Origin: Octopus vulgaris
Lineage: Eukaryota
Assembly: GCA_951406725.2 (NCBI GenBank)
Contig: OX597841.1
Span: 186,001-250,000, forward strand
DNA length: 64,000 nucleotides
Reading direction: 5' to 3'
Below are positions 13,717 to 26,737 of the stretch, in pieces; positions within the stretch are counted from its first letter, which is position 1; every line of letters begins with the position of its first letter. The notes under the pieces are model-generated. The model worked only from the letters and a program-made list of their open reading frames with translations. It was not told the DNA's origin and did not search any database. The position numbers and the translations under genes are program-made.

Positions 13717-14611
13717 CCTTTCCTCCTCTTCCTTTCTTCAAGGCTTACTGTGTCTGTATTAGTTCGAAATAATGAGAATAAAATACGGAGAAGGAAACGA
13801 AAAGAAAGGGAAAAAGACGGGATCTGTCAGTTATTATTGTTATTACTATCATCTTCACCACCATCACCATCATCAGCAACATCACCATCACCATCATCAT
13901 CTTCAATGACATTGTTTTATGTGTAGCCACAGCCACCATCAACACTCCATTGTGTTGGAGAATGGGTGGTTAAAGAATTCATGTTCTTTGGGTCTATAAA
14001 TAGCCACGGTAGATGGAGACAAAGGACGTTAATGGTCAGTAAAAGGTCAAACCTGTTTACGTTTATTTATTTATTATTTTTTTTTTTCCTTTCTCTTTTC
14101 TTCTTCACCACATGCATATGTATATGTATATATATGTGTATTCACTCACACATATTATCTGATGTTTTCGTCGAAGATTTTTTTTTCTTTTTTTAAATAA
14201 CTTTCTGAGTTCAATGTTATGTATATATTTTTAAATTTCTGAATTCAGTTGTATGTATATAGTAGTAGGTGCTTAATTCCATAACTTTTTATCGTGCATT
14301 TAATTGTGTTGTTACAATAAAAGGTAATTTAAAAGGCAATTTTACACATTCTTATAGTCATGAGAGACGACTAAATGTAAATGTTCACACAGAATTGGAG
14401 ATATTTATGTTTCTAATTTTTCTTGTTAGGTGTACGTTTGTATGAGCTGTAGATATGTAAGTTTTTTTTTACTTATTTTGAGGGTAATTCAAATTACTTA
14501 CAGTAAACAGTAGATCTTCCAGTTTTCTACAGTTGACCTGCTGGGTTCGCTGTTGCCAGTTCAGAGCATCGTAAAAATACGTCCATCCTCTGTCACGTCC
14601 AGCCGCCTTCC

Positions 14612-14700
<89 letters not shown>

Positions 14701-14709
14701 GGTATTATT

Positions 14710-15200
14710 GAGTGAAAGAGCAGTGCATGCCATTGAAGTTAAGCTAGGGTAAAATATACGAAGCCCAGTATATCCATCATGACTATCCGTCTGATAAGGG
14801 TACACCAGGCACATGCATCACCAACATATATGCGTGACCTAGTGATCTCATATCAATATAAACAACGCACAACCTTGCAGATAGGGTCCAGTTGGAATAT
14901 TCTTCAGGTTGAGTATCCCATTCTGGTGAAAAGTTCCATGAATAATGTTTGTCTAAGAATGATGAACAGAACACGCATGTTTTCAGAGGCGAATTATTCA
15001 AACCCCAAAGAATTCCTTTGAAAACATGGCTATGATGTTCCCCACTACATCTGCTCGTGATCAGACTTGTATATATCGTAGCCCACTAAGGGACATGCTC
15101 AACCTGTTAAGGTCAAGCAGCTGGCAAGCAAATCTGTGGCATGGAGCAGAATATGGGCTGTAGATCATCTTTTATACCAAGACAAAACAATGTACTGATC
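14710..15200 (-). mobile_element. Non-coding (TAA)n-associated retroposon
   Basis: Matches 41776-42329 and 41375-41478; one end always fused to (TAA)n. Confidence 0.65.
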
Positions 15201-15540
15201 ATGCTTCAAGAACCCTGCAAAGAATTCTTGCAGTTCCAAGCAATGCTGAGTTTTGTAGGCGTTCTACCTTCACACTTGCGCCGATCATTTTCAGTCATGT
15301 TGATACATCCAAGTGCACCAATTACTATGGGTAACAAGTCTACTCTCTTCATTGACCGCAACCTTCGTGTTTGCCACTTCAAGTTGTCGTAGTTGCTTGC
15401 TTTTTCTTTTTCTTTCGCATTGATCCTCTTGTCCCTGGGGCATGCTATGTCGATTATGATACATATTCTTTTTTTTTTATTCACCACAACATTGCCCACT
15501 CTCCGATGTCTGGTCAGGTGATCGCCACGACCCCTGAATA
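15190..15540 (-). mobile_element. Dong/R4 endonuclease fragment, different subfamily
   Basis: KKKRICIIIDIACPRDKRINAKEKEKASNYDNLKWQ...PIVIGALG. Confidence 0.75.
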
Positions 15541-15987
15541 TATCACAGAATTAATGGTGAACTTTTTTGGTTATTCTGAAAACTTTATCCCCAAAACCTG
15601 AAAGTGTAGCCTGTGTTGTGTCTGTATCGAAAGATAGTCGCTCATCTGCTACTCATTGAAGAAAACTGAAGGAAGCTGCAATACAATGATTATTTAACGC
15701 ACTTTATTATATATACTTTATATACTTTATACACCAATTCATAGACTTAACACACAGCACTCTCCTTCCTTTTTCTTTCTACTCTTTTTTTTTTCACTGT
15801 TCGCCTTTACCTTCAACTCAAAACATGAAAGCGTTAGAGACCGGCTTAAAACGTGTTAAAAAGTAACATGTTTCACTCACCACCACCCTCCCTCTTCCCA
15901 ACCTTCCCCTCCTTCCACTTTCAGCTAATCATGTGAAAGAGTTACGAATGGGCTTAGGAACAGAGGAACAAGCAGAATTTCTGTAAG

Positions 15988-16065
<78 letters not shown>

Positions 16066-16067
<2 letters not shown>

Positions 16068-16430
16068 TCTATGTTTGACTTTTGCTTTATGTCTGTACAA
16101 GTTGGCTCCAAGTCTCACCCAGAGACCTGAAGACACAACATGTTGGAAGTTCACGTTGTTGTTATGCCTAGTGTGTCATGTATTTGGGTTTTTTTTTGTG
16201 TTGTACTAGTGAATGTCTAATAAATAAATAAAAAAAAAGAAAAAGTTTGTTTAAACATTTGGATTTCATAGAGAGTATTTTGCGTAGGATATGAACAGTT
16301 CCCATGAGCACTATCTTTTGAATTTCTGCCATTTTGGGGTTTCCTGGTATCTGAGTTAAGTAGCAATCAGCCCCTTTCGCTAACATTCCCAGGGCACCTA
16401 TGACAACATTTATTGTTTTAGTCTTCAGGT
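16066..16430 (-). mobile_element. Short 3' fragment of the 9658-13716 Dong family
   Basis: Same 3' UTR and IPGNPKMAEIQKIVLMGT; flanked on both sides by (TAA)n. Confidence 0.88.
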
Positions 16431-16447
16431 TATTATAATTATCATCA

Positions 16448-16581
<134 letters not shown>

Positions 16582-16950
16582 TTTCAGTAGTTTTATTTTT
16601 ATAGCGTGCTTTCACTTCACTACCGAGCGCAGCTCTGTGTGCCTTGGGTATGTGCTGTGATTTGTTGTGATGCTCTGATGGTTATTGTATGGAAAGTGTT
16701 CTGCGTAGGATGTGTGCAGTGCCTAGTGAGTGCAATTTTCTGTATGTTATATGTGTTTGTAAGTCCTGGTGTTTTTGTTATGTATTTGTCTGAATATTTT
16801 TTTTTATCATGCCTAATGCATCTACTATGATAGGAATTGTTTCTGTTTGCAGATTCCACATTCTAGTTACCTCTATTTCCAGGTCTTTGTATTTTGAGAG
16901 TTTCTCCATTTCTTTTAGGGATACGTTGTCATCTGCTGGTATTGATACAT
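16582..16950 (-). mobile_element. 3' fragment of another Dong/R4 subfamily
   Basis: Minus strand SKYKDLEIEVTRMWNLQTETIPIIV...PGLTNTYNIQKIAL; flanked by (TAA)n. Confidence 0.8.
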
Positions 16951-17006
16951 CAATTATTGTTATTATTATTGTTATTATTATTGTTCTTCTTCTTCTTCTT
17001 CTTCTT

Positions 17007-17100
<94 letters not shown>

Positions 17101-17108
17101 TTCTTCTT

Positions 17109-17139
<31 letters not shown>

Positions 17140-17217
17140 TTATTATTATTGTTATTATTATTATTATTAATATTATTATTATTATTATTATTGTTATTAT
17201 TATTGTTATTATTTCAG

Positions 17218-17396
17218 ATAGCCGATGGATTAAAACATATGCCCTATCTATGGGAGCTGGTTCAGCAATCTATCGTTCATTCCTCAATATAGGAAGTCCA
17301 TCAACTTGGAATGTAGACAAATGCAGTGGTAACTACTGTCCGAACTTTTTCCGACATCCCCTTCTTGATCTCTGGGAGCATCTTCCAATTGATGAG
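17218..17396 (+). CDS. Gene A exon 2
   Basis: tttcAG|AT AGC CGA TGG: SRWIKTYALSMGAGSAIYRSFLNIGSPSTWNVDKCSGNYCPNFFRHPLLDLWEHLPIDE|GTATGT. 179 nt, identical length in B and C. Confidence 0.88.
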
Positions 17397-17412
17397 GTAT
17401 GTAAGCACTTAC

Positions 17413-17446
<34 letters not shown>

Positions 17447-19081
17447 GCACACATACACACACAAACGCACACACACACACACACATACACACACAAACAC
17501 ACACACACACACAGACGAAATGAAATTCCTTCATACACACATTATCATAATAATATCAATAAAGATAAACTAACTTTTGGATCACTTCACATATATTTCA
17601 GACATATTTTAACCGTAAAAACGGCGGTTTTCACTGCGATTTACGGTGGAGAAAATTCCCGCCTTAGGCAGCAGTTGTTAACACACCTACAAACATTTCA
17701 AAGAGCTCCCATGGACCGATGTATCCAAGCACTTTTGCTATCGTCAGCATCAGATTCCAAGCGGGACAATCCTGGAATGACTTTTGAAAGTCATCTTTCT
17801 CATAGAAAATCAATAGATATTGACTAATGTTCAGGTGCAACGGCTGCCATGCATGAAAGAATTATAGCTCAGACACAAGAAAGAGTGTTGTGATGAATTT
17901 TATCCGCGACAGCCACAGTAGTAAGAATATTTATCATAGACAAAAGGCTCTCCTTTCTGGGAGTAACTAGGAAATGGGAAACAAAATCGATAAAATCAAC
18001 TTATGATCCATGACTTACGATACATGACTGGTAAAAGTTTTATTGTATTCGGCAGAAGGTAAAGCATGTGGACCCTGGTGAGACTTGAATTCGAAACTGA
18101 ATTAGTTTGTCATTCTTCTTGTGAGATGGCAAAACTGAGTAACAAACAAAACCTTGAGGGAAGAGGTGAGTAACAAACAAAACCTTGAGGGAAGAGGTGA
18201 GCCAGGAACCTATTGTAACTCGGATCAACAGCATTAAATGAGATCAGCCAGAAACCTCTTTGCAAGGTAAGCCGTCTGATGGATATCCCAAGGGAGACAC
18301 AAGTGTGAAGATCAAAAACAATATGAATAAGTTTAGAAGGGACTGAAAAACTGGCTGACAGTTGCACTTGGGAACAACTGAAATACATCGCCAAATTTTG
18401 AGACAAATAGGGATCTGTTGTTGTCACACTATACTATATATGGAGGTAAAGGATTTAAGCGGACTTGTCGTCTGGCGTTTTGACCTGTACACCTAACTAC
18501 TAATCTGAACGTTTCAATGGCTTCTCTGAAGGTTACACATTTTTCGGAAAGTATAGATTCATTGATTCAACCAACAGTATTTAACAGATAATGATCTATC
18601 CAGCAATCCTCAACACACAGATATTCATTGTACATAGAGCTTTATCGTCTGCCTTTTTCAGTCACTGGACAGCAGCCATGTTAATACACCTCCTTGAAAG
18701 ATTTTAATAGGGCAAATCCTGTGGTATGTATTCTGTCGAGATATTTTGCCGAACCGCTAAGTTACTGGGGCATAAACATAACATCATCATTTGTGAAGTA
18801 GTGGAAGTGACACAGGCAGACATATACACTGAAGCAAAGACATGAATACAAGCTATAAACACACGGAAATACAAATAAATGTCTCCCAAATTTACCCACA
18901 ATGCATTGGTTGACCAACATCTATGACAGAAGGTGCCACGCACTGAGATTCCTAAAACGAAAAGAAGAATATCAACAAATAAATGAATAATGAGAAAATG
19001 CAAACTCTCAGTGGCATTTTGGTCACCTTGTACTTATATATGTGTGTGTGTGTCTGTTATATATTTACTCTTACTTTTCAG

Positions 19082-19248
19082 GTGAAACTGGTCATTTATA
19101 AAAACCAAACAGCTGTGGCGACTCTGATTTTTGATGGACGAAATTCAAAAAAGGATAACTGGTTCCTTCATAAGAACTTGAAAAGTTCTCCATGGAATGA
19201 CCTATCTTCAGCCACCCCAAGTTCTTTCTCACATGGAAGAGAAACTAA
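19082..19248 (+). CDS. Gene A exon 3
   Basis: ttttcAG|VKLVIYKNQTAVATLIFDGRNSKKDNWFLHKNLKSSPWNDLSSATPSSFSHGRET+AA|GTATGT. Confidence 0.88.
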
Positions 19249-19807
19249 GTATGTTATAAATATTTTTTCTGTTTCACTATATGGAGACGTATTGTACTAT
19301 TGAGCTAAAAGCACTTTTCTTATGCTACTAATACAAACCTGTTTTTTAACTCTATATATTTATTCACGATATTTTCTTGATCTCGTTTTGAATAAAACTT
19401 CAGTCTGACAAAAGGATTCTATAGACGGCCGTTGGAGCTGTCAAAGCAGATTCTAATTGAGTGGTATAGACGTCTATATATCATACCTAACGTAGACACA
19501 CTCCCGATAAGCCAGTTACTGCAATATTTGTCCTGAGAAAACTTCTTTTTCTCTCGTTGTCCGCTGCTGGAACGAATTTTATTATTCCAAACAAAGCAAA
19601 TACATAGGAGATGTTTCCTCAGAGAATATACTACTAAAGTAACTAGTTTATACACAGTGTGTCTATATTTTAAATATGATACACAAATGGCTATTTTAAT
19701 TAAATACAGACTAATTCAAATGTGTGCATGGGACACAATGTTATATTTATTAAATGCTTATATTTTCTCATTCTGAAACCTAAACAAGTATTTTTCCAAT
19801 TCTGCAG

Positions 19808-19965
19808 TGCATATCGATTCTATATAATGAATATTGGTAGATGTGAAACGACTAATGGCTGGCTACAAATGATTATACGTACATGATACTGTGCACATGA
19901 GAAAGTGGTTCGTTATCCTGTAATTCAATATTCTGATGCAAGCTCGAGAGTCATCTGGTACGACG
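19808..19965 (+). CDS. Gene A exon 4 (contains in-frame TGA)
   Basis: ctgcAG|T then AYRFYIMNIGRCETTNGWLQMIIRT*YCAHEKVVRYPVIQYSDASSRVIWYD+G|GTAAGT. Confidence 0.8.
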
Positions 19966-20307
19966 GTAAGTGATGTTTTCATTTTGTGAGTTTGTGTATG
20001 TGTGTCTGTCGCTCTCTCCCTTCTCTCTCTCTCTCTCTCTCTCTCTCACTCACTCATTTCTCTATCTCTGTTAATGTGAGTAGCAATTGCAAAAGTTATT
20101 TTTGTACTTATTGTTCAGCAGCCAATCGGCCTTGATTCAACTACTTTATGATCAAAAGCGTTCTGACCGTGACCGACCCGTATGTTTCCCATTACACTTT
20201 ATGGAGATTTGGCTGCCATTTCTATTAATACGAGCGACCGCGTAAGAAGACTTTCCACGATTTATTTAATTTCCTTTGGTTATTGACGTTGTTATTGTTA
20301 CTTGCAG

Positions 20308-20357
20308 GTCATGGAATAGCAGACTCCATGGCCATATTCATCAGCCTGAAGCCGTAG
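20308..20357 (+). CDS. Gene A exon 5 (coding part)
   Basis: cttgcAG|GT then HGIADSMAIFISLKP-TAG; nearly identical in B. Confidence 0.82.
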
Positions 20358-20455
20358 AAATAACCCAGCACATGATATCCATTGACACTATTGTTGTTGA
20401 CCACCAATCTAGCTGACCACCACTAGTGATGCACACACGTCAACTATTACCTGTT

Positions 20456-20461
20456 AATAAA
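20456..20461 (+). terminator. Candidate polyadenylation signal of gene A
   Basis: AATAAA in ctgttAATAAA context conserved in all three paralogs (48764-48769 +; 57673-57678 -). A second AATAAA at 20683 is shared with B only. Confidence 0.5.
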
Positions 20462-20563
20462 AAATCCATACAAATATTCCATCCAACATCGGTCTTTGAA
20501 GTTGTGATTTTCTCTCTCTCTTTACAGCCGTTGTTGTTATTGTTCCATTTCACGTCTGACCAG

Positions 20564-20601
<38 letters not shown>

Positions 20602-21000
20602 AAGTGCACGTGTTTATGTGTGTCTATACATATTGTCGTAAATGTCAAACAATTAGAGTGAGTGTTTAACATCACATTTGTGAATAAATATTCTATATTT
20701 GTATTAAGTCTATTTATGGTTTCACGTGAAGAAAATAGCTTAATACCTCAACAATTTTTCAAGGTGATCAAATGAAGGAATAGCGTTCGTCTCCATTTTG
20801 TGTTTTAAACCAAAATGGAGATAGATAACATGTGATCGTTTTGAAAATGTGTAAGATATTGCGATGTATACTAAATATTAAACAAAAGGTAGACTTATGA
20901 CACAAACAATATGTTACATCTAATATATATATATATATTGATTCGCTAGCCTCTGCACGCATTTTTTTCTCTCCTTCTTTCTGTGTTTCTTCTCTGTGTA

Positions 21001-21038
21001 TCTTTCTGTTGAAGAGCGTAGGCTCGAAACGTAAAAGA
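21001..21038 (+). ncRNA. Decayed minimal hammerhead motif
   Basis: UCUUU-CUGuUGAa-GAGCguagGCUC-GAAA-CG-UA-AAAGA. Confidence 0.45.
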
Positions 21039-21135
21039 CTTGTTTTATTTATATTCCTCAGCGCCATACTAATACAATTGTTTGTTTGTATTCCACCTGC
21101 CTTCGTCTTTTGTTTATTTTCATAAAGCTTCCCGT

Positions 21136-21197
<62 letters not shown>

Positions 21198-21290
21198 CAT
21201 ATATAGTTACATCTAATATAGGTTAGAAATTTTCAAAAAAAATCTCTCAATGGCCAGCATATTGAAAAATACGTTTAAAGGTTACATTTA

Positions 21291-21716
21291 TAAACAACTT
21301 ATAAACAAAGGAAAAGAAAAATTCCAATGCGAAATATGCCTAAAATAGACACATCGACACTAACCATATAAGTTATTACTATAAGCACGTGTCTCGAAGT
21401 AAGCCGGTAGAGATTTCTAAAAAATTCCGTTTTTATCATATCGTTCCCAATTTCAGAGTTAATTCATAAGAATTTTTTCCTCGTCAGCGATAAATACGGT
21501 AAGAAATAAATGAATTACTTACTTATACCCATGGAAGAAGCAAACACTAAGTCAAATATATCCAAAATAGAAATTCTCCAGCACACCCCGAGAATCGTGC
21601 GATCGGACTGAAAATTCTCATAGAGTGGGAGAGTCCGGAAGTGAAGACGATTTGTCTATTTTCGGCATATTTGGCATGAGAAATTTTTCTTTTGCCCTTG
21701 TTTATGAGTTGTATAT
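21291..21716. mobile_element. Element with ~65-bp imperfect terminal inverted repeats, probably a Penelope-terminus derivative (copy at ~49373-49822)
   Basis: 21291-21356 is the reverse complement of 21648-21716; embedded in (TA)n; decayed CUGACGA...GAgA CACGUG on the minus strand. Confidence 0.5.
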
Positions 21717-21869
21717 ATATATATATAAATATATTATATAAATTATACTAGCCATCTCAATATGGCTAACCACTAAGTGTGGGTGTTACTGTAGCTTTTA
21801 GCCCCAGGAGATCATTGTCTTCAGCTGGGTTTAGGCAAACTTTCTGTGCCCAGACGCATGTATGTATAC

Positions 21870-21963
<94 letters not shown>

Positions 21964-22042
21964 ATAAATATTAGGGAATAAATCCAAACTTACAGGGAAA
22001 AATCCAGATTTAGGATTGAATCCAATTTTATAGTCATATATT

Positions 22043-22287
22043 ATATTATATTAAATTAGAGACAAAACCACTATTAGGCAAATCAAACAATGAAAGACTT
22101 AAGCCAATACATATGATTAATTTATATTATTTAAATATGTAACAAAATTATCAAAAAATATAATTAATATAATTAATATATTTTTTGATAATTTTGTTAC
22201 ATATTTAAATAATATATATTAATCATATGTATTGGCTTAAGTCTTTCATTGTTTGATTTGCCTAATAGTGGTTTTGTCTCTAATTTA

Positions 22288-22296
<9 letters not shown>
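22043..22296. repeat. Near-perfect ~254-bp palindrome
   Basis: AATTAGAGACAAAACCACTATTAGGCAAATC... is mirrored by ...GATTTGCCTAATAGTGGTTTTGTCTCTAATT; arms ~125 bp, centre near 22170. Confidence 0.92.
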
Positions 22297-22326
<30 letters not shown>

Positions 22327-22332
<6 letters not shown>

Positions 22333-23165
22333 CAGTATTAAGGAGTGGCCTTGACAGGCCATTCGACCCACTAGAAAGAGCAGCTAAACTCAAACCGCTA
22401 AATAGTTGCAATTCAGAAACCAAAGGAAAATAAAAACATTTACACTTATCATCTTTGGACTATGCATAGTTTCGACATACACATTGGCAAACCGATTTTA
22501 TTTTACGTTGGTTTCTGAATTGCAACTATTTAGAGATTTGAGTTTAGTTGTTCTTTCTAGTCGGTCGAATGGCCTATCTAGGTAATTCCTTAATATTGTT
22601 GAATGTATATTATATTGTCTGTTGACTATATTTTCTTTCTCACTGGATCGCTGGTGGCGAAAAATTTCTCTTGAATTTTTTGCTACCCTGATATTGATTA
22701 ATTGATGATTTTTCTAATAATTCTGAAATTAAATCTGCAGTTTATATTTGATGCTGATAAGTTGGCGCGGTGAAGGTAGATTTTGAAAATTTAGAATATA
22801 TATTCTCGAGGCGTCGATGCTGTCGCCTCGTGGATATATATTTCCCTGGCTTCTTTGCTGACAAGACAGGCCAGTGGAAAATAGATTTAATTTAATTTAA
22901 TTAAATCGGTTTACCAATATGTATGTCGAAACTATGCATAGTCCAAAGATGATAAGGGTAAATGAATTTATTTTCCTTTGGTTTCTGAATCGCAGCTATT
23001 TAGCGGTTTGAGTTTAGCTGCTCTTTCTAGTGGGTCGAATGGCCTATGAAGGCCATTCCTTAATATTGTCGAGTGTATATTATGTAGTCTGTTGACTATT
23101 TTTTCTTTCTCACTGGACCGCTGGTGGCGAAAAATTTCTCTTGAATTTTTTGCTACCCTGATAAT
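22327..23165. repeat. Nested inverted and direct repeats (Penelope-terminus-like)
   Basis: 22327-22500 is inverted at 22902-23073; 22508-22695 is directly repeated at 22978-23165. Confidence 0.8.
22853..22948 (+). ncRNA. Hammerhead-like motif with extended stem II (core G-to-A change)
   Basis: CUUUG-CUGACAA-GACA...UGUC-GAAA-CUAUgcAUAG-UC-CAAAG. Confidence 0.55.
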
Positions 23166-23168
23166 TAA

Positions 23169-23278
<110 letters not shown>

Positions 23279-23306
23279 AAAATATATATATATGTATGTA
23301 TATATG

Positions 23307-23358
<52 letters not shown>

Positions 23359-25271
23359 CACACATAAGTGATGGCAGTGAATCAGAAATATGTTTACGTT
23401 GCATCATCTATGGTGATTGATTTGAATGATTTTCTTTAATGGAAGACTTCGGTCCAGCGACATTCAACGTTCAGCTTTCATATCTCCACCAATAGAAACA
23501 CCAACATCACATCACCCCATCAACAGGTATTAACACTACAACGTCAGTATCACAAACACCAGAGCTGCATTACTGCTAACATCGGAACGACTTCAACAAC
23601 TACACAGGCGTATCTTCTGTATGTTTCGTGAAGCGCATTTCTCCGCTCAAGAAATTCTTTTATTCGTAGTAACAAAGAAGTCGTATTGAAAAGTTTGGTG
23701 TATTTTCAATTTTTTGTGGAAATACAGGCATATTAGTAAACAATATATATCTGAGTGGTTGGTACTGTGTTTTTTGGGAAGTCTGCGAGTTTTTGTATTT
23801 TGTGGGCAAGACCAAGTCTGAAGGTGAAACAGATTAGAGAACAAAGGACAGACAGCAGTGGACAGTTCTGGCATTTATGAAAAGTCCTGATATCTGTAGA
23901 CTCTACTGTGGTTAATAGAGGAAAATATTTACTGTAGAAGAAAATAAAAGAAGAGAGAAGTTGTTCCCTTAATGAACAGTCCTGACAAGAAGTCCTCACG
24001 TAACCGCCTAAAGTGTAGGAGCGGCCCTGCACCTCAGTGAAAGTAAGTGTTTTCTTTTTTCTTACCGCATTTTGCTTTATTTGCGGCCGTATGTATTATG
24101 ATTGGGAGGTGAGTGTGTCTGTAAGCGCGCATTGAGAAGTGAGCAAGTGTTTGTGACGGTATTTAATCACCAGATCAACTCTGATCCGACAGAGCTATGA
24201 TCTAAAGTATTCCAAATGTGACCATCTCATCTTTTGTTAAGTGATAATGTATTTATAGTTACATCATCCAGTTTGTTTCTGTTGCAGTTGTTTAGTAACA
24301 ATCGAAGTAACACATTCACGAATACAAAAATACATTCAAACATATAGAAACAATGAATTAAATACAGAGATACAATTTTCAATCGATTAATTTATTTATA
24401 TTATAACAATATATTATGATTATTATATAACAATTATTAAAAAACCAAAAATGCCAACAATTTGTTTCGGTTTATATACATCTTTTGATATATAAACAAT
24501 TGATTTTCCTTATATAAGTCTCATCAGAGCCAGTGGTTTAAATATTGACGAAATTCCGTGTGAAAATATGGTTGGATTGCAAAATTTAATTCTAATGCCT
24601 ATGTATTATGAGCGTGAGCGTTAACTATTCAACTACATATCAATTACAATTAAAAAACAATAAAATAATTATAACGGAAAAAATAATTAGATAAGTATAA
24701 TCTACAGCTATTGAAATATATTAAAGTACTATGAATTATATAGATCCAAATTTTAATAATTCTTTCAGAAGTAGCGATATAACATTGTTGTAATAAGAAT
24801 ACAAGTCATATAATATCCAATACAATAATAAATATTATTTTGGTTATTAGATTCATTTAGTAAGTAAAAAAACTATTTATTCATTATTATCATTCTTATT
24901 ATTATTATAATTGTCCCCAGTTTATTAATAAATAAAATTAATATATACATATAGTAATTTAGTATAATGAAGACATCTTTTTTGTTTGTAATTTGCATTA
25001 TATATATATTTAGAGCGGGTGATAGAGAATATATAGAAAATTTCGTTCTCTCTCTCTCTATATATATATATATAGTTGAAAAAGTATTAGAGATCTACAC
25101 AAATCCAATTTCTCTATACAAAAAAAAGGAGGTGGAAATAGCACACAAGTAAGTCTATGACATTTCATTTTAAGACGGCTTCGATGAATCTCATCTCATC
25201 TTTTCAAATAGCAGTAAAATATATTAAAATTTGAAGTAATCCGAACGCACACAATTGTCGAATTAGAAAGC

Positions 25272-25621
25272 ATTCAGTCTTTCATAAGCAAGGATGTATG
25301 GCCCTCAAAGAGCTCCGATGACAAACGATGGGTTTTTCTGTTTGGTGCATTTTGGAAGCGAAGTTCTCGAGTCCTCCTCACGCTTCGCTCGTAACCCTGA
25401 AAGTAAAACTGCGCCAGGAATGGGCTCCATTCCACAAAAACTGTTGCGTGCCGCGTGTAAAGCATTCACACTAGATTTAAGATTGTGATTCGAAGCAGAG
25501 GTGGTCATATCTTAAATGTGTTTCATTTACCATTGCATTGCAATGGTCATTCCCGAAATATATTAATATCTTGTTCTGGAAATATTGAAAAAGTTGTTTG
25601 CCCTGAATTTGGATACCTTGT

Positions 25622-25622
<1 letters not shown>
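25272..25622 (+). mobile_element. 3' part of the same maT-like transposon (duplicated block)
   Basis: Matches 2561 onward; ends AATTTGGATACCTTG|TA, an inverted match to the 1679 terminus. Confidence 0.7.
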
Positions 25623-25672
<50 letters not shown>

Positions 25673-26498
25673 TGGGCGCGCGCGCATATACACACTCACA
25701 CATTCGCGCACGCACACACACATACACACTCATGAAAGCAGTCTGTGTTATGGTTGAAATAGTAAGGACACTGAATCAGAAATATGTTTACTTTTCATCA
25801 TCCATGGTGATTGATTTCAATGATTTGAATGATTTTCTTTAATGGAAGATTCGGTCCAGTGATCTTCAGCTTTCAGCTTTTATATCTCCACCTACAGAAA
25901 CATTAACATCACAGGAGGGAGAGCACCGAGGCGTTGTGCCCTTAATGAACAGTCCTGACAAAAAGTCCTCACATAACCACCTAAATTGTAGGGACGGCCC
26001 TCCACCTCAGTGAAAGTAAGTGTTTTTTTTTATCGCATTCTTCTTTATTTGCGACCGTATATATTATGATTAGGAGGTGAGTGTGTCTGTAATCGCGCAT
26101 TCAGAAGTGAGCAAGAGTTTGTGACCGTGTTTAATCACCAGATCAACTCTGTTCCAACAGAGCTATGATCTAAATTATTCCAAATGTGACCATCTCATCT
26201 TTTGTTAAGTGATAATGTATTTATGGTTACATCATCCAGTTTGTTTCTGTTGCAGTTGTTTAGTAACAGGTCATCCCCAATCGAGGTAACATATGCACGG
26301 ATACAAAAATACATACGTACTACAGCTATCGAATTATATTAAATGACTATGAATTATATAGATTCAAATTTTATTAATTCTTTCAGAAGTAGCGAAATAA
26401 CATTGTCATAATATGAATACAAGTTATATATTATCCAATACCAGAATAATTATTATTTTGGTTATTAGATTCATTTAGTAAATAAAAAAAATATTTAT

Positions 26499-26533
<35 letters not shown>

Positions 26534-26679
26534 GTCCCTAGTTTATTAATAAATAAAATTAATATATACATACATTCATTGAGTATAATGAAGACATCTT
26601 TATTGTTTGTAATTTGCATTTATATATATATATTTAGAGAGAGAGAGAGAGAGGGAGAGAATATATAGGGACTTTCATA

Positions 26680-26737
<58 letters not shown>

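Noticed and set aside
16809-17573. Long low-complexity ORFs (poly-I/L/Y/N/T, YIYI, HTHT, CVCV), also 41104-41880, 42407-43049, 63340-63832 and many others
   Set aside because: They are translations of microsatellites; only the embedded 179-nt exon 2 segments are supported.
19884-19886. TGA as selenocysteine
   Set aside because: It aligns with Gly/Val, not Cys, in the paralogs. The 3' UTR is essentially the same as that of B and I saw no SECIS-like element.
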